Below, one piece after another: positions 50,601 to 62,604 of a stretch of 64,000 nt of DNA. The position numbers were made by a program, and so were the translations under genes. The notes below the pieces were generated by a model. The model did not search any database and had not been told where the DNA came from. It saw nothing but the letters and a program-made list of their open reading frames with translations. Source of the DNA: Pristiophorus japonicus (Eukaryota); contig NC_091996.1 in assembly GCF_044704955.1 (NCBI RefSeq), positions 21,328,001 through 21,392,000 on the forward strand. The letters run 5' to 3'. Each line of letters opens with the position of its first letter. The first letter of the stretch is position 1.

Positions 50601-51805
50601 CTGTTCTAAGAAACAATCCCGTATGCATTCTATGAATTCCTCCTCCAGACTACCCCCTGCGATTTGATTTGACCAATCGATATGTAGGTTAAAATCCCCC
50701 ATAACTACTGCCGTTCCTTTTTCACATGCCTCCATTATTCCCTTGATTATTGCCCGCCCCACCATGAAGTTATTATTTGGGGGCCTATAAACTACGCCGA
50801 CCAGTGACTTTTTCCCCTTACTATCTCTAATCTCCACCCACAATGATTCAACATTTTGTTCATTGGAGCCAATATCATCCCTCACAACTGCCCTGATATC
50901 ATCCCTTATTAACAGAGCTACCCCACCTCCCTTCCCTTCCTGCCTATCTTTCCGAATCGTCAGATACCCCTGTACGTTTAATTCCCAGTCCTGGCCACCT
51001 TGCAACCATGTCTCTGTAATGGCCACCAAATCATACCCATTTGTAATGATTTGTGCCGTCAACTCATTTACTTTATTTCTAATGCTGCGTGCATTCAGGT
51101 AGAGTGTTTTCATCCTACTTTTTAAACCATGATTTTTAGTTTTTACCCCTCCTGCAGCCCTTTTATATTCAGTGGCCCTTTTTGTTTCTTGCCTTTGGTT
51201 TCTTTGCCCTCCACTTTTACTCATCTCTTTTCTGTCTTTTGTTTTTGTCTCCTTTTTGTTTCCCTCTGTCTCCCTGTATTGGTTCCCATCCCGCTGCCAT
51301 ATTAGTTTAACTCCTCACCTATTGAGGGAGTGCAGCGAAGGTTCACCAGACTGATTCCCGGGATGGCAGGACTGACATGAGGAAAGACATGATCGACTGG
51401 GCTTATATTCACTGGAATTTAGAAGAATGAGAGGGGATCTCATAGAAGCATATAAAATTCTGACGGGATTGGACAGGTTAAATGCAGGAAGAATGTTCCC
51501 GATGTTGGAGAAGTCCAGAACCAGGGGTCACAGTCTAAAGATAAGAGGTAAGCCATATGGGACCAAGATGAGGAGAAACTTTTTCACCCAGAGAATTGTG
51601 AACCCGTGGAATTCTCTACCACAGAAAGTTGTTGAGTCCAGTTCGTTGGATATATTCAAAAGGGAGTTAGATGTGGCCCTTACGGCTAAAGGGATCAGGG
51701 GATGGAGCGAAGGCAGGAGTGGAGTACTGAAGTTGCATGATCAGCCATGATATTGAATGGTGGTGAAGGGCCGAATGGCCTACTCTGGCACCTATTTTCT
51801 ATGTA
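47675..51805 (+). mobile_element. CR1 (family B) split into 47675-47992 and 51319-51805 by another CR1
   Basis: KDILAI continues as IEGVQRRFTRLIPG after the insert. CTATT is duplicated at 47988-47992 and 51319-51323. Confidence 0.9.
47993..51318 (-). mobile_element. Long CR1 LINE, essentially the whole ORF2 (APE endonuclease plus RT)
   Basis: 542-aa open frame with LYLNARSI, AITETW, GGGVAL, YRPP, MGDFN and SDHN. RT motifs downstream have a few frameshifts. Confidence 0.95.
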
Positions 51806-53087
51806 AACTCAACGCATTTATGAAGGGGAAGTCATGTTTGACAAATTTGCTAGAATTCTTTGATGATATAACGAACAGGGTAGATAAAGAGGAACCAGTG
51901 GATGTGGTGTATTTGGACTTCTAGAAGGCATTTGACAAGGTGCCACATAAAAGGTTACTGCACAAGATAAAAGTTCACGGGGTTGGGGGTAATATATTAG
52001 CATGGATAGAGGATTAGCTAACTAACAGAAAACAGAGAGTAGGGATAAATGGTTCATTCTCGGGTTGGCAATCAGTAACCAGTGGGATGCCGCAGGGATC
52101 AGTGCTGGGACCCCAACTATTTACAATCTATATTAACGACTTGGAGGAAGGGACTGAGCGTAACATAGCCAAGTTTGCCGACGATACAAAGATGGGAGGA
52201 AAAGCAATGTCTGAGGAGGACACACAAAATCTGCAAAAGGACATACACAGGCTAAGTGAGTGGGCAAAAATTTGGCAGATGGAGTATATTGTTGGAAAGT
52301 GTGAGGTCATGCACTTTGGCAGAAAAAAATCAAAGAGCAAGTTATTATTTAAATGGAGATCGATTGCAAAGTGCTGCAGTACAGCAGGACCTGGGAATAC
52401 TTGTGCATGAAACATAAAAGGTTAGTATGCAGGTACAGCAAGTGATCAGGAAGGCCAATGGAATCTTGGCCTTTATTGCAAAGGGGATGGAGTATAAAAG
52501 CAGGGAAGTCTTGCTGCAGTTGTACAGGGTATTGGTGAGGCCACAACTGGAATACTGTGTGCAGTTTTGGTTTCCATATTATACGAAAGGATATACTTGC
52601 TTTGGAGAAGATTCACAACGTTGATTCCAGAGATGAGGGGATTGACATGACAAAAGGTTGAGTAGGTTAAGCCTCTACTCATTGGAATTCAGAAAAATGA
52701 GAGGTGATCTTATTGAAACGTATAAAATTATGAGGGGGCTTGACAAGGTGGATGCAGAGAGGATAATTCCACTGATGTGGGAGACTAGAACTAGAGGGCA
52801 TAATCTTAGAATAAGGGGCCGTCCATTTAAAACTGAGACGAGAAATTTCATCTCTGAGGGTTGTGGATCTGTGGAATTCGCTGCCTCAGTGAGCTGTGGA
52901 AGCTGGGACATTGAATAAATTTAAGACAGAAGTAGACAGTTTCTTGAACGATAAGGGGTTATGGAGAGCGGGCATGGAAGTGGAGCTGAGTCCATGATCA
53001 GAACAGCCATGATCGTATTAAATGGCGGAGCAGGCTCGAGGGGCCGTATGGCTTTCTCCTGCTCCTATTTCTTATGTTTTTATGTTC
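51806..53087 (+). mobile_element. CR1 LINE 3' part
   Basis: YLDF*KAFDKVPH, PQGSVLGP, KFADDTK; TTCTTATG tail. Confidence 0.93.
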
Positions 53088-53955
53088 ATTCATCACCTTA
53101 TTGCAGCTTTTCGTCCCGAGGTCAAGTGTACTACTAAAAGCCACCTTGTATTTGTTTACATCTTTTTATGATTAAAACATGTACAGTATGTCCACTATAG
53201 GTTGACATTTCAAACTTTAGGGGAATAGCAATAATTTGTTGGTACCCTTCTAGTATTGCTTCTCCGCCTCACGTGTCATCATTCTTATTTTGTGTTTGAA
53301 TTTTATTTTTCTCAGACACATACATTCTTTGATCTGAGTGTGGCTGTTTCTCTTGTATGAAGACCTTTAGTCGCTGTGTACCTCTGTATGCATCTGTAAA
53401 TGATTTGTGACCTTTTATGTATCACAACTGATCCTCATGTATCAGTAAATTTGTAATAAAAATGTTGAAGTTGGCAAAAAAACATGAAAAATGTAGAGGA
53501 TGTTGAAAGTTTTTTTACATTAGGACTGATGACAACAATTGCTGTTTAATGGGCAGTATTAACCTGTCTTAATAACTACCTGTAAATGTCAGCCCACCTC
53601 TGGAGAAAAAAACCCCAATTGGCTTCATTGTAAGAAAACCAGAGCAGGACAGTTGTATATTTCAGTTCCAATTTCAGTGCGCAAATAAAACAGACATTGT
53701 CACAGATGGCAAAATGGCTGCTTCAGCTTGTAGTAAAGAAATTCATAAAAATATGAATGTTTCTGACACGAAGACTGACCACAAGGCAGATGTAAAGAGA
53801 GGTAGACGTTTTATATTGAAATGTAATGGGAGCAATACAATATTGTAGAAAAGAACATTAGCAATGTAAGTATCAGAGGTTGTGAGCTGATCTTCAAAGT
53901 TGTATCTGTAATCAGATTCTAAGAAGATTAACTTTTTGTGGGACGTCTGACCTCC

Positions 53956-56041
53956 GGCAATCCCTCGGAGTTTAGGATGACTTGCTTCCACACTAATGAG
54001 TTCTCAGGTGACTGATGAGTCCATTGCGGGACCTACAGTCTCTGTCACAGGTGGGCCAGACGGTGGTTGGAGGAACAGGTGGGTGGGGTGCATGGGTTGT
54101 CGTGCACTCCTTCCACTGTTTGCACTTGGCTTCCGCCTGAATTCTTATTGAATGATGGTGCAGGCTCGAATGGCATACTCCTGCACCTATTTTCTATGTT
54201 TCTCTGTTTCCGCGTGCTCCCGGCAAAGAGGCTCAAGGTGTTAGATGTCTTCCTGGATGATTCTCCTCCACCTTGAGCAGTCTTGGGGCCAGGGATTCCC
54301 AGGTGTTGGTGGGGATGTTGCACTTTTTCAAGGAGGCTTTGAGGATGTCCTTGAAGCGTTTCCTCTGCCCACCTGGGGCTTGCTTGGCATGTCGGAGCTT
54401 TGAGTAGAGCGCTTGTTTTGGGAGTCTAGTATAGGACATGCGGATGATGCGGCCCATCCACCGGAGCTGATTAAGCGTGGTCAGTGCTTTGATGCTGGGG
54501 ATGTTGACCTGAGCGAGAACACTTGATGTTGGTGAGCCTATCCTGCCAGTGGATTTGCAGCATCTTGCGGAGGCAGCGTTGGTGGTACTTCTCCAGTGCT
54601 TTGAGGTGCTTGGTGTACATAGTCCGTGTCTCCGAAGCATATAGGCGGGTGGCTATCACTACTGCTCTGTAGACCATGAGCTTGAGCTTGGTGGTGGGTT
54701 TGAGGTCCTGGTCTTCAAATACCCTTTTCTGCAGGCTACTGAAGGCTGCACTGGCACATTGAAGGCAGTGTCAGACTTCGTCGTCGACATCTGCCCTTGT
54801 TGACGGTAGGCTCCTGAGATATGGAAAATGGTCCACCTTGTCCAAGGCCTTGTCATGGATCTTGATAATTGCGGGGCAGTACTGTGTGGCGGAGACTGAT
54901 TGGTTGAGAATCTTTGTCTTACGGATGTTTACTGTAAGGCCCATACTCTCATGCACTTCGGTGAAGGTGTTGACTGTGCTTTGGAGTTCAACCTCTGAGT
55001 GTGTGCACACGAAAGCGTTGTCTGCATACTGTAATTCAATGACAGAGGATGGGACAACCTTGGATCTAGACTGGAGGCGACAGAGGTTGAACAGTTTCCC
55101 GTTCTGTAGATTAGCTCCACTCCAGCAGGAAGCTTATTAAGGGTGAGATGGAGCATTGCAGCAAGGAAGATCGAAAGGAGCATTGGTGCGATAACACAGC
55201 GTTGCTTGACCCTGGTCTGCACGTGTATTGTATCTGTGGTGGATCCGTTGGTCAGGATCGCGGCTTGCATGTCATCGTGAAGCAGGCGGAGGATTGTGAC
55301 GAACTTTTGAGGGCAGCCGAATTTGAGGAGGATACTCCATAATAATCCCTCCCAGTTGACAGTGTCGAAGGCCTTGTACAGAGGCTGGTGCTGCTCCCTG
55401 CAATTTTCTTGAATTTGACGCGCGGTGAAGATCCTGTCCATAGTTGCCCCTTGGTGGGCGGAATCTGCATTGCGACTCTGGAAGGAGCTCTTCAGCCACT
55501 GGGAGAAGGCAATTGTGGAGGATTCTTGTGATGGCTTTCCCTGTGGCAGACAGCAGGAAAATTCCTCTGTAATTACCGCAATCGGACTTGGTCACCTTTC
55601 TTGAAGATGGTCACGATTACAGCGTCTCTCAGATCCTCTGGCATGCTCTCTTCCTTCCAAATAAGAGAAATGAGTTCATGGATTTGTGCCAATAGTGCTT
55701 CTCTGCCATGCTTTAGTGCTTTGCTGAGGATTCCATCTGCTCCTGAGACCTTGTTCTTCAGTTGTCTGATGACCTTTTCAACCTCATGCTGTGCTGGGGT
55801 TGTGCTGATGTGGTGGCGGGTAGCATGCTGTGGAATGGAGTCGAGGACACTAGCGTCAAAGACAGAGATCTTCGAAGTGCTGCTTCCAGTGGGCACTGAC
55901 TGCTTCTTTGTTCTTGAGTACTTCTCCGTTCTTGGCCCTCAGTGGGGTAGGACCATGGGTGCTTGGGCCGTAGGTGGTCTTGACTGCGCTAAAGAATCCA
56001 CACACGTCGTGGTTGTCGGCTAGTTGCTGGATCTCCTGCAC
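53956..56041 (-). mobile_element. RTE LINE (2.1 kb), degenerate, with a CR1 3' fragment at ~54145-54202
   Basis: SGADGI, IVTIFKKGD, CGNYRGI, ESQCRFR, KAFDTV, YASET; RTE 3' UTR at 53956-53990. Confidence 0.92.
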
Positions 56042-56065
56042 TTTAAAAATGAAGTTCGGGACAGA

Positions 56066-56237
56066 AGAACGTAAGAACATAAGAAATAGGAACAGGAGTA
56101 GGCCATACGGCCCCTCTAGCCTGCTCCGCCATTCAATAAGATTATGGCTGATCTGATCATGGACTCAGCTCTACTTCCCCGCCCGCTCCCCATAACCCCT
56201 TATTCCCTCGTCGTTTAAGAAACTGTCTATTTCTGTC
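56066..56237 (-). mobile_element. CR1 3' end fragment
   Basis: GAACATAAGAA tail plus 3' UTR. Confidence 0.88.
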
Positions 56238-57518
56238 TATTATGGAACGTCAGGACTCGGGTGGCATTGACCCGACCTAGGTGGAGACACCAGCAGCGGA
56301 ACATAAGAGGAACTATCCATTGCATGGAGTGAGCCGACCCAAGAGGGGGACACAATTGAAGTGTGACATCACTGGAAACCAGGTAGCTGATTGGCTGTAT
56401 ATTTTGCAGCGAGGTCGGGACCCGGGAGCGGAGCAAGGTCAGGATGCAGCAGCGGAGCGAGGTCGAGGCCCAGAGTGGCGCAGCGGGGTCGGGGCCCAGG
56501 GAAGACGTAGGTTGTTGGAGAAAAGAACAAGCTGTTGTACACTGATTTTAATTTTAAATACAGCTTCGGCAGATTGAAAATTCATACTCTGTTAACTGTA
56601 TTGCAAATCAAAATGCATGAGTTGACGGCTGTTCAATGGCATACTGAAAATTACTATGTCTTATTTTGTAGATAGTTCTACCTTTTTACTTGCATCTTGA
56701 CATGGTTAGTATTGAACTGTGGATATTTTCTGGGGCACATTGTAAATTTTATATTATGCAGGAGTTTGCTCTTGGGTGCCCTCAATGTTGTTACTGAAAC
56801 TAACATCATTTCAGGACGAACAAAAAAAAGTGCTGTTGGTGATGCGTTAACTGGCTATGGGAAAAACATAAATGAACATAATTCGGAAACATTGATTTCA
56901 ATGGATTCTTCTTTGTTGCAAATTCAGGTATAAGTGATCCTTCAAACATAGCACAGAAAATGCACAATTAAGAACGATCCAGGAAATGCTGCAGACAATC
57001 GACTTTGGGGATACGAATGTTTCTGCTATTGATTGAGCTGGATTTTTAGACTGACGTGGTGCAGTGGATAATGACTAGGAACAATGATTGATCATGGATC
57101 TTATCCAAGATCAGGAAGACGACAATGTCTAATAGAGGTTTAGATTGTAGACAGTAGTGGTAAAGAGCAGAAAACCTCATCACACTGGGATAATGGGTAC
57201 AGACACTGTGTTTGTCTGAAATTCCTTCATTTGTTAGAACAGCAGAGGCATGAGCCAATTTAAAATTCATTTTAAAATTGGTTAATGCCTTGTCTAAAAC
57301 AGCAGTTAGGAATTTCTGACAAACAAGACTTTATCCATTATCCCACAGTGTAATTTCAAGGCCCTAGTCTTAAAAATCACTCACCAAATCATTTAAGCTA
57401 GGATGTAAGCATTACCTTGTTTTGCAAGTGGATTGGTTTTGGTACAAATGTATTAATAATTTGTTCCTCAGTTCCTAAATTCTGCAGTATAGGTGCAATG
57501 CTGTACTTTGAGATAATA

Positions 57519-57820
57519 CAGGTTGGAACTCCCTTATCCAGAACCATTCCCGGCCACCGGGTGGCAGATGCGCAGAACTCCGACATGAACAAATTGAAGT
57601 CCTTCCTCTCTGTCGACTCCTGCAATCGCTGGCCTGACCCCGTGATCCACCCCCAATGATCTCTCTGCCGCACTTCCAGCCTTGCCAGCCAGCCTGCGCT
57701 GATATCTCCTTGTTCAGCACCTGTACCATCCAATTTAACGTGACGACCCCTCATCTGGAAAAATTCCTTATCCAGAACAAACCAGGTCCCGAGGGTTCTG
57801 GATAAGGGAGGTTCAATCTC
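57519..57820. mobile_element. pogo/Tigger-type (Tc1/mariner) MITE
   Basis: About 26-bp imperfect TIRs CAGGTTGGAACTCCCTTATCCAGAAC / GTTCTGGATAAGGGAGGTTCAATCTC, with TA on both sides. Confidence 0.8.
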
Positions 57821-58021
57821 TATAAAGTATAATTCGCTATTTTGTTCTGCAGCAATATAATTTAAAACCACATGGATAGAAGGGACTAAATTAAGGGAAC
57901 TAGGAGTGCATAGCAAATTAACTTTTCTTTAATGAACTACAGTTAAAGCAATAGATTTTGTTTCATTTAAATGTAGAATCACTGCAAATCTGTCCTTTTT
58001 GCCTTACCGCACTATGAAGAC

Positions 58022-61000
58022 TGTTAAGCTCATAAAGTAATGTAACTGAGTACTGTAGACAATGAGTAAGTGTGATCTTAGCTCCTTTCTTCAAACTGGT
58101 ACAGCATGGGAGGCCTGCTTATATACAGTGCTCCCAAGGTAAGCCCTCTGGTGGCGGTATGATGCAGGTTGCCTAGGGTTGCACACACAACATCACTCTC
58201 TCCCAAAGTCAATAGTACACTTTTATTTACAGGATGAGACGATCTAGGACTTTTCGCTCCCCTGTCGATAGTCTTGGTACAAATGCAGGTGTGTGTGAGT
58301 TGGTTGGTTCTTCTCTGGGCTGCTGGGCAGCTGGCCTTGCCGGGCTGCTGGGGATGGTGAGTTCAGCTTCGTGGTCAACCGTGATGTCGGTTGCCGTGTG
58401 TGTGTGTGTTCGAGGGTTGAAGTTGGTGGTATCCTCTTTGAGTTGCTCGTGGCTGTTTGTGAATCGCAGTTTGGTTTGGTCCAAATGCTTTCTGCAAGTT
58501 AGTCCATTGGCAAGTTTGACCTGAAACACCCTACTCCCTTCTTTGGCTACGACGGTGCCAACAAGCCATTTGGGACCATGTCCATAGTTGAGTACAAATA
58601 CAGGGTCATTGACTTCAATATCGTGTGACATGTTTGCACGATCATGGTACATGCTTTGTTGATGCCGCCTGCCCTTGACGTGATCAGGGTGGACAAGAGA
58701 GAGCCTTGTTTTGAATGCCCTTTTCATGAGCAGTTCGGCTGGGGGAGCTCCGGTAAGAGAGTGGGGTCTGGTACGGTAGCTGAGCAGGACTCGGGACAGG
58801 CGGGTCTGCAGAAAGCCTTCTGACACAAGTTTCAAGCTTTGCTTGATGGTTTGGACTGCCCGTTCTCCCTGGCCGTTGGATGCGGGCTTGAACGGGGCAG
58901 ATGTGACGTGCTTGATCCCATTGCGGGTCATGAATTCCTTGCATTCAGCACTGATGAAGCACGGCCCATTGTCGCTGACAAGGACATCAGGCAGGCCGTG
59001 CGTAGCGAATATGGCTCGTAGGCTATTGATGGTGGCAGTGGACGTGCTTACAGACATTATTACACATTCAATCCATTTTGAATAAGCATCCACAACAACC
59101 AAAAACATTTTGCCAAGAAACAGGCCCGCAAAGTCAACGTGGATCCTGGACCACGGTTTGGAGGGCCATGACCACAAACTTAGCGGTGCGCCTCTGGGTG
59201 CATTGCTTAGTTGAGAGCAAATGTTGCATTGGCGCACGCATGGCTCTAAATCTGAATCGATGCCAGGCCACCACACATGGGACCTGGCAATAGCTTTCAT
59301 CATTTCTGTGCCTGGGTGGGTACTGTGTAGGTCGCGTATGAACGTTTCCCTGCCTTTCTGAGGCAAAACCACGTGATTACCCCACAAAAGACAGGCCGCC
59401 TGTATGGACATTTCGTCTTTGCGCTGCTGATACGCCTTGATCTCTTTTTATGCTGGGACGCTGGACCAGCTCCTATAGAGGACACCATTTTTTTTACAAG
59501 GGACAGTAAAGGATCCTGGCTGGTCCAGGTCCTGATCTGGCGGGCCGTAACGGGTGACTTTGCGTTTTCGAATGCATCCATCACTAAGAGCAAGTCTGCA
59601 GGCTGTGCCATTTCCACCCCGGTGGTGGGCAGTGGTAGCCGACTGAGCATCAGCGCAGTTCTCTGTGCTTGGTCTGTGGCGGATTACATAGTTGTATGCA
59701 GACAACATGAGCACCCATCTTTGGATGTGGGCAGAGGCATTGGTGTTAATCCCTTTGCTCTCGGAGAATAGCGATATGAACGGCTTATGGTCAGTTTCTA
59801 ACTCAAACTTGAGACCAAATGCATGCCAGAGCTTTTTCAATCATGCTGTAGGCCCTTTCGGCCTTGGACCAACTCCTGGACGCAGAGACGACCAGTTGCA
59901 ATGTTCCCGATTCGTTAGCTTGTGACACACCTGACCCTGTATGAAGACACATCGCAAGCTAGCACTAAATGTTTACCTGGGTTATACAGAACAAGCAGTT
60001 TGTTGGAACATAACAGATTTCTGGCTTTCTCAAAAGCAGTCTCTTGTGATTTCCCCCATACTCAGTCATCTCCCTTGCGTAACAGCACATGTAGAGGTTC
60101 TACAAGGTGCTTAACCCAGGTAGAAAATTACTGAAATAGTTAAGGAGTCCCAGGAACGACCTCGGCTCCGTCACGTTCTGTGGTCTCGGCGCGTTCTTGA
60201 TGGCCTCCGTCTTGGCGTCGGTGGGTCTGATGCCGTCTGCCGCCATTCTTCTCCCTAAGAACTCGACCTCTAGTGCCAGGAAAACACACTACGAGCGTTT
60301 CATCTAGCCAACTTAGAACCTCTTCCAGGTTCTTCAAGTGTTCGATGGTGTCCCGACTTGTGACCAGTATGTCGTCCCGGAACCGACTTTAGCAGGCTCT
60401 CCATGTTCCTTTTGAAAATTGCCGCGGCCGATCAAATCCCAAACGGGCATCTATTGTAGATGAACTGACCTTTGTGCATGCTGATGCAGGTGAGGCCTTT
60501 CGAAGATTCCGCCAGCTCCTGCGTCATGTAGGCCGAGATCAGGTCCAACTTGGTGAACATCTTTCCTCCAGTCAGGGTCGCAAATAGGTCGTCTGCCTTG
60601 GGAAGCGGGTACTGGTCCTGTAGCGAAAAACGGTTAATCGTTACTTTATAGTCCCCACACATTCTGACCATGCTGTTGCCTTTGAGAATCGGAACAATCG
60701 GACTGGCCCACTCATTGAACTCCACCGGTGCGATGATGCCTTCTCGCTGCAGCCTGTCCAGCTCCATTTCTACTTTCTCACTCATCGTATATGGCACCGC
60801 CCATGCCTTGTGGTGGATGGGTCGCGTACCGGGGACCAAGTGGATCTGCACCTTCGCCTCCGAGAAACTTCCGATGCCTGGCTGAAACAACGACGGAAAC
60901 TTGCTCAGAACCTGGGCACATGAGGCGCGTTGACGGATGAGAGCGCTCGGATGTCGTCTCAGTTCTAGCGAATTTTTCACAGCCATCTTCTGCCGAACAA

Positions 61001-62418
61001 TGTGGGGCCATCTCCTGGTACAATCCATCGTGGGAGTTCGTGCACTGCTCCATCATAGGAGACTTTTACTGCTGCGCTGCCAATAACAGGGATCAGCTCT
61101 TCAGTGTAAGTTCTTAGCTTGGTATGAATGGGGCTAAGCTTGGGCCTGTGTGCCTTGTTGCACCACAGCCTGTCGAAGGCCTTTTTACTCATGATAGACT
61201 GACTCGCACCCTGTCCAGTTCCATGGATACTGGAATTCCGTCCAGTTCGACTATTAGCATGATCGGTGGACATTTCCTGGTGAAGGTGTGTACCCCGAAC
61301 ACTTCTGCCTCCTCGGTTCGAGTCTCTAGTTCAGCCTGATCCGCCATGGATCGATCCTCCTCTGCAACATGGTGGTTTGCAGCTCGTCTGCACATTCGCT
61401 GGAGGTGTCCCATTGTTCCACAGCCTTTGCACACATAGTGTTTGAAGCGGCATTGATGGACTCGATGATCACCTCCGCAGCGCCAACAAGGTGTTAACTG
61501 CCTCGCATTAACGTTTGATGGCAGACTCTGGATCATCTGAGGTCCTGTAGCTGCCGGCGTGTACGTTCTGCTATATGCATTCCTGCCTGAAAACGACGTT
61601 ACTTTGTGTACAGTACTAGCTGAAACTTCTTTATGCTGCAAAATTTGTTTGGCATTATCTCTGGTGGACATAACTGCCTGGGCTATCGTTATGGTTTTGC
61701 TCAGATTCAGTGTTTCAACAGTCAATAGTTTGTGAAGGATAACCTCATGGCCAATGCCAAGCACAAAAAAGTCTCTTTGCAAATTTGATGGATTCCTTGA
61801 GAAAATGCTATGTGCTGCAAAAAACGCCTTAGTTCGGGGACGTAGCTCACCACTTCCTGGCCTTCAGACCGTTGACGCGTATAGAATCGATAACTTCCCA
61901 TCAAAATGCTTCCCTTCTAATTTAGGTGCTCCCGGACCAGTGTGCACAGTTCTTCATAGGATTTGGTTGTTGGTTTCACCGGAGCTAGAAGATTCTTCAG
62001 GAGGCCATTGGTTGTTGCCCCACAGACAGTAAGGAGGGTCGCCCTTCATTTGGCAGCGTTCTCGTCCCCTTCCAGCTCGTTGGCCACGAAGTATTGATCG
62101 AGTCTCTCCATGAAGGCCTCCCAATCGTCCCCTTCTGAGAATTTCTCCAGGATACCAACAGTTCTTTGCATTTTCGCGTGGTTGTTCGTTATCTCGTCGC
62201 CAGTTGTTAAGCTCATAATAAAGTAATGCAACTGAGTACAGTAGACAATGAATAAGTGTGACCTTAGCTCCTTTATTCCAACTCCAGAGTGCTGGTACAG
62301 CATGGGAGGCCTACTTATATACGGTGCTCCCAAGGGATGCTGGGATCCCTTGGCACTTCAACAGGTAAGCCCTCTGGTGGCGGTATGATACAGGTTGACT
62401 AGAGTTGCATACATAACA
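58022..62418 (-). mobile_element. Full Gypsy (Mag-like) LTR retrotransposon, degenerate
   Basis: LTRs 62205-62418 and 58022-58192 (TG...CA); TSD AAGAC (58017-58021, 62419-62423); PBS TGGCGACGAG 62193-62202; PPT ~58193-58204; order gag-PR-RT-RH-IN. Confidence 0.95.
58227..62171 (-). pseudogene. Gypsy gag-pol, frameshifted; integrase segment 58227-59411 still open
   Basis: CWRCGGDHRVHQC zinc knuckle, ELD-GAS protease, YPLP/FTKLDL RT, LETDHKP RNase H, HPG...VWWPGID...CNIC, RIHVDFAG, SDNGP, SNGQGER. Confidence 0.93.
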
Positions 62419-62604
62419 AAGACTAACTTAAACAAAAAGTAAATACTGGTTAGTTAATGGTTTGTGGCATTTTTAATTAATAGTTTGTAAGGACCACCTT
62501 TGGTCAGTTGTTTATAGATGTCACATCTTACTATGCAATGAAGAAAGACATAACAATTGCATCAGTATATACCCCTTCACTCACAAATGGGCCTGTCAAT
62601 TATT

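Noticed and set aside
53575-53848. About 90-codon stop-free + strand frame in unique DNA
   Set aside because: Splice sites are weak, no protein is recognisable, and the length is compatible with chance.
56240-56510. GC-rich segment resembling a promoter
   Set aside because: It is short, adjoins a CR1 fragment and is probably a retroelement 5' region; I could not classify it.
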